In this document: positions 27,636 to 37,022 of the stretch, piece after piece
Layout: the number at the start of each line of letters is the position of its first letter
Position numbering within the stretch: position 1 is the first letter of the stretch
From: a virus
Lineage: Duplodnaviria > Caudoviricetes
Reading direction: 5' to 3' (one strand)
IMG/VR virus record: IMGVR_UViG_3300011008_000032
Span: 1 to 64,000 of that record
Length of the DNA stretch: 64,000 nucleotides
Program-made: the position numbers and the translations under genes
Notes under the pieces: generated by a model
Told to the model about the DNA's origin: nothing
Seen by the model: the letters and a program-made list of their open reading frames with translations, nothing else
The model's database searches: none

Positions 27636-29024
27636 ATGTATCCTAAATTTAACTTATATTGTTATTACCCGCAATTTAATCATATGTATGCCCCGAAATA
27701 TTTCGACTGGGTTACTGATGGGAGCGGGGTAATTAATTTTTGGGTAGACGATTATATAACAAAACAACCTACTGTCTGTAACGGGCGGGCTGATATGGCT
27801 ATGCTTATAGAGCCACGTACTATACAGCCAACTATTTATGAATATGTAGAAAAGCACAGCAAAGACTTTTCTCTTATATTTACTCATGATGAGAGAATAC
27901 TTAAGTTACCGAATGCGCGGCACATATTCTTTATGAACTGGTATAAGACTTATGATGTACCTAAGACCAAGGCTATCTCAATGGTATGTTCTGATAAGGT
28001 AATGTGTAACGAACACAAGCAGAGGCAGAAGCTTGCGGATATGCTGGGAGATCGGGTAGATCACTACGGGATGTATAAGGGTGGTTATAAGTGTGATTAT
28101 TATGAGTGTCGTGCCGAGTATATGTTTGAAGTTGTAGTGGATAATAACTGGAGTGGGTATTGGCTTTCAGAGAAGCTCGCTAATCCATTGGCTAGTAAGA
28201 CTATCCCTATTTATTTAGGAGGCCAATACTTTCCGGATGATATAGATACCCGCGGAATACTCACTGTTGATTCTATAGATGAGATTCCGGATTTAGTTAC
28301 TCATATACTCGGAGCACCTGAATACATATATAATAATCTTCTCTATTATGTCGAGAAAAATTATAACACGGTTATTAATAAATATCACGTATTTGAAGAT
28401 TGGTTTTATCAGGAATATAAAGATGAACTGAATAAGTATGCGAGTCTTAGTGTAATTAGTAATAACTGTATGGGAGGCTGTTTACTTCATGATCTTAAGA
28501 TACCATACCAGTCTCCTACTGTAAGTCTTCAAATACTTCCGGAGGAGTATCCAAAGTTCTGTGAAAATATAAAGTATTATATGCAGCAGGAAGTGAAGGA
28601 ATGCAAGGCCGAGGATCTTTCGGAGAAACATAAACAATATCTTATGAATATGTTTGATAAGATACCCGAGATGCCTTATGGATTGTGCGGTGACATTTTG
28701 ATTTGTTTTCAGCACTATCCTACTTTTGAAGACGGAAAGGTTATGTGGGATAAGCGGGCTAAGAGATTTGACCCTAATCATGTGGCATTTATATTTTATT
28801 CGAGAGATCAAAAATATAATAAATATGTGCAAGAATTTATTGATTGTAATTTTGATAAGGCCGTAGTATTTACCGAGAATTATAATATGGATTTACCAGT
28901 TGAGCATCATGAAATTATACCTCCTACCGGTGGGCATTTTTTAGATCCACGTGGAGATGGTCATAGGCATTATGAATATTGGTTTAATCCGGCAGATTGG
29001 GTACGTCGAATTAGAAATATATGA
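27636..29024 (+). CDS. GT10-like (fucosyltransferase-type) glycosyltransferase fused to DUF1919
   Basis: EYMFEVVVDNN..GYWLSEKLANPLASKTIPIYLG (GT10 nucleotide-sugar motif) and SNNCMGGCLLHDLKIPYQSPTVSL (DUF1919); start revised to ATG 27636 behind AAGGAG. Confidence 0.7.
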   Translation: MYPKFNLYCYYPQFNHMYAPKYFDWVTDGSGVINFWVDDYITKQPTVCNGRADMAMLIEPRTIQPTIYEYVEKHSKDFSLIFTHDERILKLPNARHIFFMNWYKTYDVPKTKAISMVCSDKVMCNEHKQRQKLADMLGDRVDHYGMYKGGYKCDYYECRAEYMFEVVVDNNWSGYWLSEKLANPLASKTIPIYLGGQYFPDDIDTRGILTVDSIDEIPDLVTHILGAPEYIYNNLLYYVEKNYNTVINKYHVFEDWFYQEYKDELNKYASLSVISNNCMGGCLLHDLKIPYQSPTVSLQILPEEYPKFCENIKYYMQQEVKECKAEDLSEKHKQYLMNMFDKIPEMPYGLCGDILICFQHYPTFEDGKVMWDKRAKRFDPNHVAFIFYSRDQKYNKYVQEFIDCNFDKAVVFTENYNMDLPVEHHEIIPPTGGHFLDPRGDGHRHYEYWFNPADWVRRIRNI

Positions 29025-29035
29025 GGTATTAGATA

Positions 29036-31882
29036 TTGTTAGACAAACAGATTAATCTTTTTAAAGTAGATACCAGCGCTTTTCTTACAGATGAAGAAAA
29101 ATTACACAGAGATAAACTTGTCAAAATTAAAAAAGAACGTCAATGGTTATATGAAAAAAAGAAGGTTTCAAATCGTGAAAGTACATTAGAAAAAACAATA
29201 CGTAAATATAAAGATTGTGATCCTAATGATTATTTAAAAGATAAATATACACGTGCTTTTATATTAAAAACCAGAATAATAGACGAACTTGAAAAAGAGT
29301 GGAAAAAATATATATTACAATCGGCAAAGGATGGGGTTGAATATAATAAAAAGCATAAGCGCAAACATATTCGTAATTTAGATGAAAGATATTTATCTTA
29401 TGAAGATGTTAATGATGGTTCTCGTAAAATTAATCTTTCAAATGTTGTTGCTATGTTTGAATCTACATTAAGCCGCAGCTTCAATATTCAAACCGATGAA
29501 CTTACATATGATATTTTTATTGTTGAAATATATTATTACGATATTGCTCAGGATATTATATGTAATGGATTCAATTATAATGGCAAGCATTATGTATATT
29601 TTTCTTCGTCTGCCGGTCAGATTAGAACTAAGAAAGCTGTATTTGTAGAAGAACAAAAATATGAAGCTTGTAAATTAAAGTTAATGTGTGGGCTAACCGT
29701 AGATAAAATAAACGAATGCGGCGGAATGAATATTAATAAATATCTCGCATATATAGCACTTACAAATTCTGCTACTGATCTTTGGGAAGATATTTTTGGT
29801 TTTGATTTTGATATAGATAGAACTATTGTAGTAGACGATTTTGAAACTTTAGTTAAATGCAAAGTTGATAATATTGATTATGAAACTTATGAGATCACTC
29901 CTGGGGTTGAAGAAGAAATACCTATTCCTCATACTGATGGATGTGGAATGATTGATCCGAATATATGTAAAAAGAATTTTATGATTAGATTACCATTTAT
30001 TAAGGGTCTTCTTGGCAGTTTTGATTTTAAAAGATTCGTATCTGAAAACGGTCGATCTTCTACTGTTAAGGATATATGGGGAAAAGAATACGATGTAATT
30101 AAAGATGATATTCAGATTATATTTACTAAGTCTCAACTTAAGATGTATAAGTTTTATGATTCTTGGGATCAATATAAAGAATATTTTAAGAAATACAAAT
30201 GCGAAGCTGGGATATGTAATCTTGAAGAAGACAATATACTAAATGCAAAGATAAATTATCAGATGCTCCAAACATTGTATGATGCTACCGATGAAGAAAT
30301 AATGGATATGTGTAGTATTCCGAATAAAAAGATAAAAGAGATTTCAGATAGTTTAGATAATGCATTAGACTTCTTTGGAGTTAAATTGACAGATGAAGTC
30401 GAAAATCATAAAGACTATTTTCAGAAAGCGTTACGCATATATCCTGAATTATTATCTGATCCAGCCACAAGAAATGATCTTAAAGATTTAAAAAAGAGTT
30501 TAGTAAAAAAATATCGTAGTGGCAAACTTGATGTTTCAGGAAAATTTACTTTTGTTCTTCCTGATCTTTATGCTTTTTGCGAATGGTTATTTTGTGGAAT
30601 ACAAACTCCAAAAGGATTGCTGGAAGATAAGGAAGTATTTTGTAGACTTTATGAAGGATCATCTAAGTTGGATTGTTTAAGATCTCCTCACTTATACATT
30701 GAACACGCAATACGGAATAATGTTTGCAATAAGAAATATAGAAATGAATATTTGAGAGATTGGTTTACAACAGATGCTATATATACGAGCACTTACGATC
30801 CTATAAGCCGGATACTTCAGCTTGATGTCGATGGAGATAAACTTTTAGTTCTTGCTCAACCAAAGTTAATAGAAATGGCCGAACGTGTAACTCATGACGT
30901 GTACCCTCTATATTATGAAATGAAAAAAGCAAACGCTGAAAAGATTAATTCGGAGAATATATATAGAGGGCTTGAATTAGCATTTACTGGTGGAAGAATC
31001 GGAGGTATTAGTAATAATATTACAAAGATATGGAATTCAGAGAATATAACCGAAGAAGCGAAAAATGTTATTAAATGGTTATGTATGGAAACCAATTTTA
31101 CAATTGATTATGCTAAAACATTATTTAAGCCGGTGCGTCCTAAAGCTGTAGATGAATTAATTAAAAAATATTCAAAATTAAAAGTACCATACTTTTTTCA
31201 ATATGCTAAAGATAAGGAAATTGAACAATGTGAAGATATCAATAATAGTATGATGAATAGAATAGTTAAAGCAATTAATGAAAATAAAAATATGTTCTAT
31301 TCTATTAAAAATCTTGCAGATGTAGATTATCTGATGTTGCTAAAAGATAAAAATGATTCTTATTACAATGAACAAATCAATAAAAGATTTGATTCTCTTA
31401 ATAAAAAGTATAGAAACAATATCAACATAGATGAAGATGATACAAATAAAAATAATATTAAAATAATAGCTAAACAAGTACAGGACGAGTTAGAAAAAAT
31501 TGAGCCTGATCGAGATAAAGTTATTAATTCACTGATATCATTTTTATATAAAAAGAAATCCGAAAGAAAGAAAAAACTTCTTTGGTATGTATACGGTGAA
31601 GAGTTATATCATAACCTTTGCAATAATATTGACAACTCTTCTATCTGTGGTAAATGCGGAAAAAGAACGACCGAATCTTTAATTCGAAATAAATGTTTTG
31701 AATGTAGAGTCAAAGAAATGAAAGAAAAGAGTATTAAACTCATTAAGTGTAAAGATTGTGGAAAAGAATTGACACTATCTCCTTCCTCACGTACATGTCG
31801 TTGCGATGATTGTAAAAAGAAAGAAAGGCGGGAACATAATCGTCAAATGTATATAAATCGTAAAATTCAACCAAGTTCGTAA
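29036..31882 (+). CDS. yonO: YonO-like single-subunit (double-psi-barrel) DNA-dependent RNA polymerase
   Basis: SSAGQIRTKK, HTDGCGMI, IRLPFIKG, RSPH and catalytic LQLDVDGD; SPbeta synteny (yonO followed by HU); C-terminal CxxC pairs. Confidence 0.85.
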   Translation: MLDKQINLFKVDTSAFLTDEEKLHRDKLVKIKKERQWLYEKKKVSNRESTLEKTIRKYKDCDPNDYLKDKYTRAFILKTRIIDELEKEWKKYILQSAKDGVEYNKKHKRKHIRNLDERYLSYEDVNDGSRKINLSNVVAMFESTLSRSFNIQTDELTYDIFIVEIYYYDIAQDIICNGFNYNGKHYVYFSSSAGQIRTKKAVFVEEQKYEACKLKLMCGLTVDKINECGGMNINKYLAYIALTNSATDLWEDIFGFDFDIDRTIVVDDFETLVKCKVDNIDYETYEITPGVEEEIPIPHTDGCGMIDPNICKKNFMIRLPFIKGLLGSFDFKRFVSENGRSSTVKDIWGKEYDVIKDDIQIIFTKSQLKMYKFYDSWDQYKEYFKKYKCEAGICNLEEDNILNAKINYQMLQTLYDATDEEIMDMCSIPNKKIKEISDSLDNALDFFGVKLTDEVENHKDYFQKALRIYPELLSDPATRNDLKDLKKSLVKKYRSGKLDVSGKFTFVLPDLYAFCEWLFCGIQTPKGLLEDKEVFCRLYEGSSKLDCLRSPHLYIEHAIRNNVCNKKYRNEYLRDWFTTDAIYTSTYDPISRILQLDVDGDKLLVLAQPKLIEMAERVTHDVYPLYYEMKKANAEKINSENIYRGLELAFTGGRIGGISNNITKIWNSENITEEAKNVIKWLCMETNFTIDYAKTLFKPVRPKAVDELIKKYSKLKVPYFFQYAKDKEIEQCEDINNSMMNRIVKAINENKNMFYSIKNLADVDYLMLLKDKNDSYYNEQINKRFDSLNKKYRNNINIDEDDTNKNNIKIIAKQVQDELEKIEPDRDKVINSLISFLYKKKSERKKKLLWYVYGEELYHNLCNNIDNSSICGKCGKRTTESLIRNKCFECRVKEMKEKSIKLIKCKDCGKELTLSPSSRTCRCDDCKKKERREHNRQMYINRKIQPSS

Positions 31883-32058
31883 AAATGAAAAAATTAATTT
31901 TTCTTATATTTTACTTGACAAAATTAATTATTATTATTATTCGAAATTCTGCCCTTTTAGGGATACATTAAAAATTCCCATAAAGGGCTTAGGATTTACA
32001 CGAATAATGTTAATGATATCCCAAACAAAAATACTAAGACAAAAAGGAGAAACAAAAA

Positions 32059-32331
32059 ATGACAAAAAAGGAACTTGTAAAGGAAATTTCAACAAACACA
32101 GGATTTACTCAGAAGGATGTTATGACCGTTGTAGACTCAGCCATAGATGTAATCACAAAGACTGTATCTAGTGATGAGATCTCGATTACCGGGTTTGGTA
32201 AGTTTCTTACAACACAGAGATCTGAGCGTATTATGAGAAATCCTTCTACTGGAGAACAGGTAACCGTTCCGGCTAAGAAGTCTCTTAAGTTTAGACCTGC
32301 AAAGGCATTTAAGGACTCTGTTAATTCATAA
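32059..32331 (+). CDS. hup: HU-family histone-like DNA-binding protein
   Basis: MTKKELV..., ITGFGKF...RSERIMRNPSTGEQVTVPAKKSLKFRPAKAFKD. Confidence 0.95.
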   Translation: MTKKELVKEISTNTGFTQKDVMTVVDSAIDVITKTVSSDEISITGFGKFLTTQRSERIMRNPSTGEQVTVPAKKSLKFRPAKAFKDSVNS

Positions 32332-32404
32332 GGCCCTCCCCCCCTCTACCGAGGATATTGCTCTTCGTTCGCGTCCTGCGGACGGAGGGCAAAATAAAAA
32401 TGAA

Positions 32405-32593
32405 ATGAGGAAAAGGATATTGATACAAATTAATAAACGTGAAAGATTTGAATTAGAAAAACTTGGTTTTAGAATGGGAGATCATATCTTCCATACCGTA
32501 TCAAATAAGAAAAAATATTATATTTCTGAGTCTCCTAAAATTAAACAGGCTCTTTGGAATATAAGAGAGAACGAGGTAAGAAATAATGAGTGA
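32405..32593 (+). CDS. hypothetical protein
   Basis: Short ORF coupled to the clpP-like gene. Confidence 0.6.
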   Translation: MRKRILIQINKRERFELEKLGFRMGDHIFHTVSNKKKYYISESPKIKQALWNIRENEVRNNE

Positions 32594-33191
32594 GCCTAAA
32601 ATGACTTATAATTTAGCACTTACAGACAAATTTGATATTGAAGACTATGAAAACAGACGATTATATCTAAATACAGAAATAGATGAAAGTATAATTACAA
32701 GTATAGCTTACCATATTCTTAGATATAATAGATTAGACAAAGACATACCCATTGAAAATCGGGAACCTATTATATTGTACATCAATAGTCCTGGGGGCAC
32801 CGTCGCGGATGGGTTCGGTTTGGTAGATGTGATCTTACAGTCTAAAACTCCCGTTTATACCGTTAATCAAGCACAATGTTCTAGTATGGGTTTTCTCATC
32901 TTTATAGCGGGACATAAAAGATATAGTATGAAACATAGTGAATTCTTGATGCATGATGGTAGTTCATTTGCGTGGGATTCTACTGCTAAAGCTAAGGATA
33001 GAATTGATTTTGAAGCAACCGAATTAGAAAAATATACTAAAGAGTATATTATTAGTAGAACAAAGATAGACGATTCTTTATATGATGAAAAATATCGTGT
33101 CGAGTGGTATATGATGGCGGATACGGCTTTAAAGTATGGTATATGTGATTATATCGTCGGTGATGATTGTGATATAGATGAAATAATATAA
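32586..33191 (+). CDS. clpP: ClpP-family serine protease
   Basis: ILYINSPGG, CSSMG (nucleophile Ser), FLMHDG, ALKYGICD. Confidence 0.85.
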   Translation: MSEPKMTYNLALTDKFDIEDYENRRLYLNTEIDESIITSIAYHILRYNRLDKDIPIENREPIILYINSPGGTVADGFGLVDVILQSKTPVYTVNQAQCSSMGFLIFIAGHKRYSMKHSEFLMHDGSSFAWDSTAKAKDRIDFEATELEKYTKEYIISRTKIDDSLYDEKYRVEWYMMADTALKYGICDYIVGDDCDIDEII

Positions 33192-33208
33192 ATTAAAGGG
33201 GATAATTA

Positions 33209-33415
33209 ATGGCAAACTTTAAACGCACATTAAATACTAATGGTAAGTTCAAAATGCTTGCCATTGCAGACGGAAATAAATTTATAGACTATGAGACTGG
33301 TGAGTTTGTTGATGTACCTGACATTATTGGAAAGTGTATGGGTGATCAACCTTTTGATTTAAATGTAACTCAAAAGTCTGAAACGGATATTACTCCGGAT
33401 AATAAAGAGGGGTGA
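33209..33415 (+). CDS. small hypothetical protein (positionally YonK-like)
   Basis: 68-aa ORF between clpP and phosphoesterase. Confidence 0.65.
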   Translation: MANFKRTLNTNGKFKMLAIADGNKFIDYETGEFVDVPDIIGKCMGDQPFDLNVTQKSETDITPDNKEG

Positions 33416-34605
33416 TACCGTTGGATCTCAAAAAGCAAAAGAATGAAAGTGAATTACAATATATCTGGAGATTGTCTTTAGCTAAAGATTCAGGAACTCT
33501 TGATATGACCTGGGATGAACTTGCAGATGTTTTTAATGAAAATCTTAAAACAGATTATGGTAGTTCAGCTTTCAGAAAGAAATTTCAGATGGCGCAACAC
33601 TTTTACGATGATGTGTTTTCTAAGATGGATGACTCCGAGATTTCTCAAGAATTTGCAAAACAAAAAAGAGAGCTTGAGAGATTAAAAATACAATATAGGG
33701 ACGAGCGTAATGCGTGGAATAAACAGAATTATATTGAAGCACGTGTAGAACAAAAACTTGATTATCTCGAAGAAGAACTTCAGGATATAGGGAAACTAAA
33801 TTTCCCAGAACACGAGTATATTGAAACAAAAAGCGATAATGATATGTTAGTAATACTTTCTGATTTTCATATTGGGCAATGTTTTGATTCTATTTGGGGA
33901 AAATATAATTCTGATATAGCTGCTAAAAGAATAGAACAACTAGCTGAAAATGTTAGAAAAATTTCTCATAGACATAAATGTGAAAATTTATATATATCTA
34001 TTCAAGGAGATTTAATATCAGGATCTATCCATAAAAGTATTGCTATAACAAATAGAGAAGATGTAATAACTCAAATAAAAATTGCATCAAAATTAATAAT
34101 TTCTTTTTGTTATGATATGAGTAAATATTTTAAAAATGTATACGTCGCTAATGTTGCTGGAAATCATTCAAGAATAGATAAAAAAGATGATGCCCTTCAT
34201 TCTGAAAGATTGGATGATCTTGTAGGATGGGTAGTAAACTCTTCTCTTCAACATATTAAAAATATACATTTTTATAGTAACAGATTAGATATTGGAATAT
34301 CCGAAATGGATATTCGTGGTAAAAAATATGTTGGCGTACACGGGGATTATGATCGATATACGAAAAGCGGAGTGGAAAGTTTAGTAATGCTAATTGGATA
34401 TCTTCCATATGCTGTGACGTTTGGACATCTTCATGTATGTTCTCTAGATGAGTGTAATGGAATCAAAATGATAAGAGGTGGTTCTCTTGCAGGCACCGGT
34501 GATCAATATACAATTGAAAAAAGATTATATGGCAAACCCTCGCAAATGATTTGTATTTGCAATGATAGAGGAATTGAATGTTATTACCCTATAGAACTTG
34601 ATTAA
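33412..34605 (+). CDS. calcineurin-like metallophosphoesterase (YonJ-like) with N-terminal helical domain
   Basis: LSDFHIG, QGDLISG, AGNHSR, VHGD, FGHLH. Confidence 0.85.
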   Translation: MIPLDLKKQKNESELQYIWRLSLAKDSGTLDMTWDELADVFNENLKTDYGSSAFRKKFQMAQHFYDDVFSKMDDSEISQEFAKQKRELERLKIQYRDERNAWNKQNYIEARVEQKLDYLEEELQDIGKLNFPEHEYIETKSDNDMLVILSDFHIGQCFDSIWGKYNSDIAAKRIEQLAENVRKISHRHKCENLYISIQGDLISGSIHKSIAITNREDVITQIKIASKLIISFCYDMSKYFKNVYVANVAGNHSRIDKKDDALHSERLDDLVGWVVNSSLQHIKNIHFYSNRLDIGISEMDIRGKKYVGVHGDYDRYTKSGVESLVMLIGYLPYAVTFGHLHVCSLDECNGIKMIRGGSLAGTGDQYTIEKRLYGKPSQMICICNDRGIECYYPIELD

Positions 34606-34620
34606 GAGGAGAAATTAATT

Positions 34621-35211
34621 ATGATGGTTGTCGATGATTTTAATGAAATACTTGAAATACTTTTAGACAATGTAACATCTGAAGATTGTGGCCATGCATG
34701 TTATGTCTCCAATGAAGAAGATATAACAAAATTTCTTAGTGTTGTTAATATGTGTACAGATGCTACGCCAGAACTTATTAACTTTAATAATGCAAATTCA
34801 AATGAATATGTATTTGAATTTGATTATGATGAAGAAATTGGTCTTTCTTATAGCATATGGCCGGCAGCGGATGAGGATGGTACCTATTTTTCTAATTACG
34901 GATTGTGTCTTGTAGATAAATCTATTTCTGAAGATTTTGAAGATGATTACAATACCGAGCTGAGTATTCATGATGAGGATTATATTCATCCAATCAGGAT
35001 AAAGATTGGTAAAGATGAAAAAGAAACTCCTAAAAAAGGAACGGGTATAAGTTCATCTGAATCTACGAGAATAGATACAAATGATGACGGAACTATTTCT
35101 GGATTTACTAAGAAATGGGAAAATGATCATTCATTCTTTACGTATACATATCATAGCACTAACGAAGACGATGTTTTAGATGTTATGGAAAGATTTGGAA
35201 TTAAGCAATAA
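34621..35211 (+). CDS. acidic hypothetical protein
   Basis: 196-aa ORF with GAGGAG RBS. Confidence 0.75.
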   Translation: MMVVDDFNEILEILLDNVTSEDCGHACYVSNEEDITKFLSVVNMCTDATPELINFNNANSNEYVFEFDYDEEIGLSYSIWPAADEDGTYFSNYGLCLVDKSISEDFEDDYNTELSIHDEDYIHPIRIKIGKDEKETPKKGTGISSSESTRIDTNDDGTISGFTKKWENDHSFFTYTYHSTNEDDVLDVMERFGIKQ

Positions 35212-35213
35212 CC

Positions 35214-35390
35214 ATAGATAGGAAGTACTGTTGTGAAAGGCAACTTGGCGAAGTAGTCCAACAACTACTTGTAGTGTGCGAAGCAGTTAGATTTCTGAGC
35301 GAGCAGTACCGGCATCACGGACGCATGACCGTCGCATAAAAAATCAAAGTAGAACAGTTTATTTGAGAGGTGCAACTCCTCTCCTACTAT
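35214..35390 (+). ncRNA. putative structured RNA with tRNA-like acceptor/T-arm end
   Basis: Several perfect stems read from sequence (see findings); no family recognised. Confidence 0.4.
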
Positions 35391-35405
35391 TTGGAGGAAA
35401 CAGAT

Positions 35406-35945
35406 ATGAAAAGAATATTATCAATGCTTACAATTGCATATATGGTAGTAACTACATTGTTACCTTTTGTATTTAATGGCGGTGTTGATAATAATGCCGT
35501 TAGATATAAAAGTGATTCAGATATTATTTATTTAGATTCAGAGGCTATTGCATTATCTAACGCATCTGATTCTGATACTGGTTTACGAGCCGAAGCATTA
35601 GAAGCATTTAATCAAGTGAATGAAATTCGTGCAGAAGCTGGATTAGATAGATTAGTTTGGGATCAGAATCTTGAAACTGTAGCATCAGTTAGGGCTGAGG
35701 AATGTAATACTAAGTTTTCACATACACGTCCCGATGGGCGTGAGTGGTACACCGTTAACAGTAAGATTCAGGGTGGTGAGAATTTAGCTTACGGATTTGA
35801 TACGGCTGATGATGTGGTAGAAGCATGGATGGATTCTCCTACTCATAAAGATAATATTCTTTATGATGAGTTTACAGGAGGCTCAATTTCTATTTATCAA
35901 AATGATAATGGAACTTATTATTGGGCTAATGAATTTAAATATTGA
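35406..35945 (+). CDS. secreted CAP/SCP-domain protein
   Basis: Signal-like N-terminus; NEIRAEAGL..L.WD..L...A..RA, FSHTRPDG, GENLAYG, WMDSPTHKDNIL; start revised to ATG 35406. Confidence 0.9.
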   Translation: MKRILSMLTIAYMVVTTLLPFVFNGGVDNNAVRYKSDSDIIYLDSEAIALSNASDSDTGLRAEALEAFNQVNEIRAEAGLDRLVWDQNLETVASVRAEECNTKFSHTRPDGREWYTVNSKIQGGENLAYGFDTADDVVEAWMDSPTHKDNILYDEFTGGSISIYQNDNGTYYWANEFKY

Positions 35946-35963
35946 GTAAAAGGATGTGATTAA

Positions 35964-37022
35964 ATGGCAAGGCTAAGAAGTTTTAAAACGCCTGAGGAAA
36001 TAAAAAAAATGCCGATTAGTAATGTTCGAGAAGAATATAATAAATTGGCTTATGATTATGAAAGAATTACAGAAAATAAAATTCTTCTTTGTCCTTGTTG
36101 TAATACATGGCAATCCGCTGAAGATGGATTTTATATGGATAAAAGATATGCGACAAATCGCTATCCGGTTTGTAAACGTTGTCTTTTGAAAAAAGTTGAA
36201 CAAAGACAAAAAGACACAGATGAACCTAATGAAACAAAAGAATCGGTTCAACATGTACTTCAAATGATGGATAAAGTATATGATGATAATTTTTATAATG
36301 ATTGCGTAAAAGGAGCTCTTGATGGTGTAAATGAAAAACAACGTCATTCTCCATTTACGTCGTATATTGTCGGTATACAGTCATTGCCGCAGTGGAAGGG
36401 TAAAGGTTGGAAAGATTCAAATTTTGGTGACGCAGCCATGTCTGTGGACGAAGAAGAAACTAGAATTATTCAAAAAACTGTTAAAGCTGGCCGAAAAAGA
36501 TTTGGATCTGGGTATACAGATGATGAGTATATGATTCTTGAAAATGAATACCAAGATTGGATTACAAGATATGAATGTAATACAAAAGCACAAGAAGAAG
36601 TTTTTGAGAATCTTTCTATATTAAAACTATTAAAAAAGAAAGCTTTATTAAAAGGTGATTCAACTAGAGATTTAGATAAACAGCAACAAGATTGGCTCGA
36701 TGCTGGTAAATTAAAACCTAAACAAAATACAAGTGATACTCTTTCTGAGGCACAAACTTTTGGAACATTAATACAAAAATATGAAGAAACTCGTCCATTA
36801 CCAGAAATGGATGATGAATTTAAGGATGTAGATAAAATAGGTTTATATTTTGATGTATTCTTTAGAGGTCATACAAGTAAAATGTTGGGCTTAAAAAATG
36901 CTTTTTCAAATATATATGAGCGAATAATGAGTAAATATACTGTAACCAAACCGGAATATTCCGAAGAAGAAGATAGCGAAACTATTTTCGCTAAAGTATT
37001 TGGAACTCAAGATGACGAATAA
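35964..37022 (+). CDS. putative terminase small subunit (SPbeta YonG-like position) with Zn-finger
   Basis: CPCC...CKRC; immediately upstream of and overlapping terminase large subunit. Confidence 0.55.
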   Translation: MARLRSFKTPEEIKKMPISNVREEYNKLAYDYERITENKILLCPCCNTWQSAEDGFYMDKRYATNRYPVCKRCLLKKVEQRQKDTDEPNETKESVQHVLQMMDKVYDDNFYNDCVKGALDGVNEKQRHSPFTSYIVGIQSLPQWKGKGWKDSNFGDAAMSVDEEETRIIQKTVKAGRKRFGSGYTDDEYMILENEYQDWITRYECNTKAQEEVFENLSILKLLKKKALLKGDSTRDLDKQQQDWLDAGKLKPKQNTSDTLSEAQTFGTLIQKYEETRPLPEMDDEFKDVDKIGLYFDVFFRGHTSKMLGLKNAFSNIYERIMSKYTVTKPEYSEEEDSETIFAKVFGTQDDE

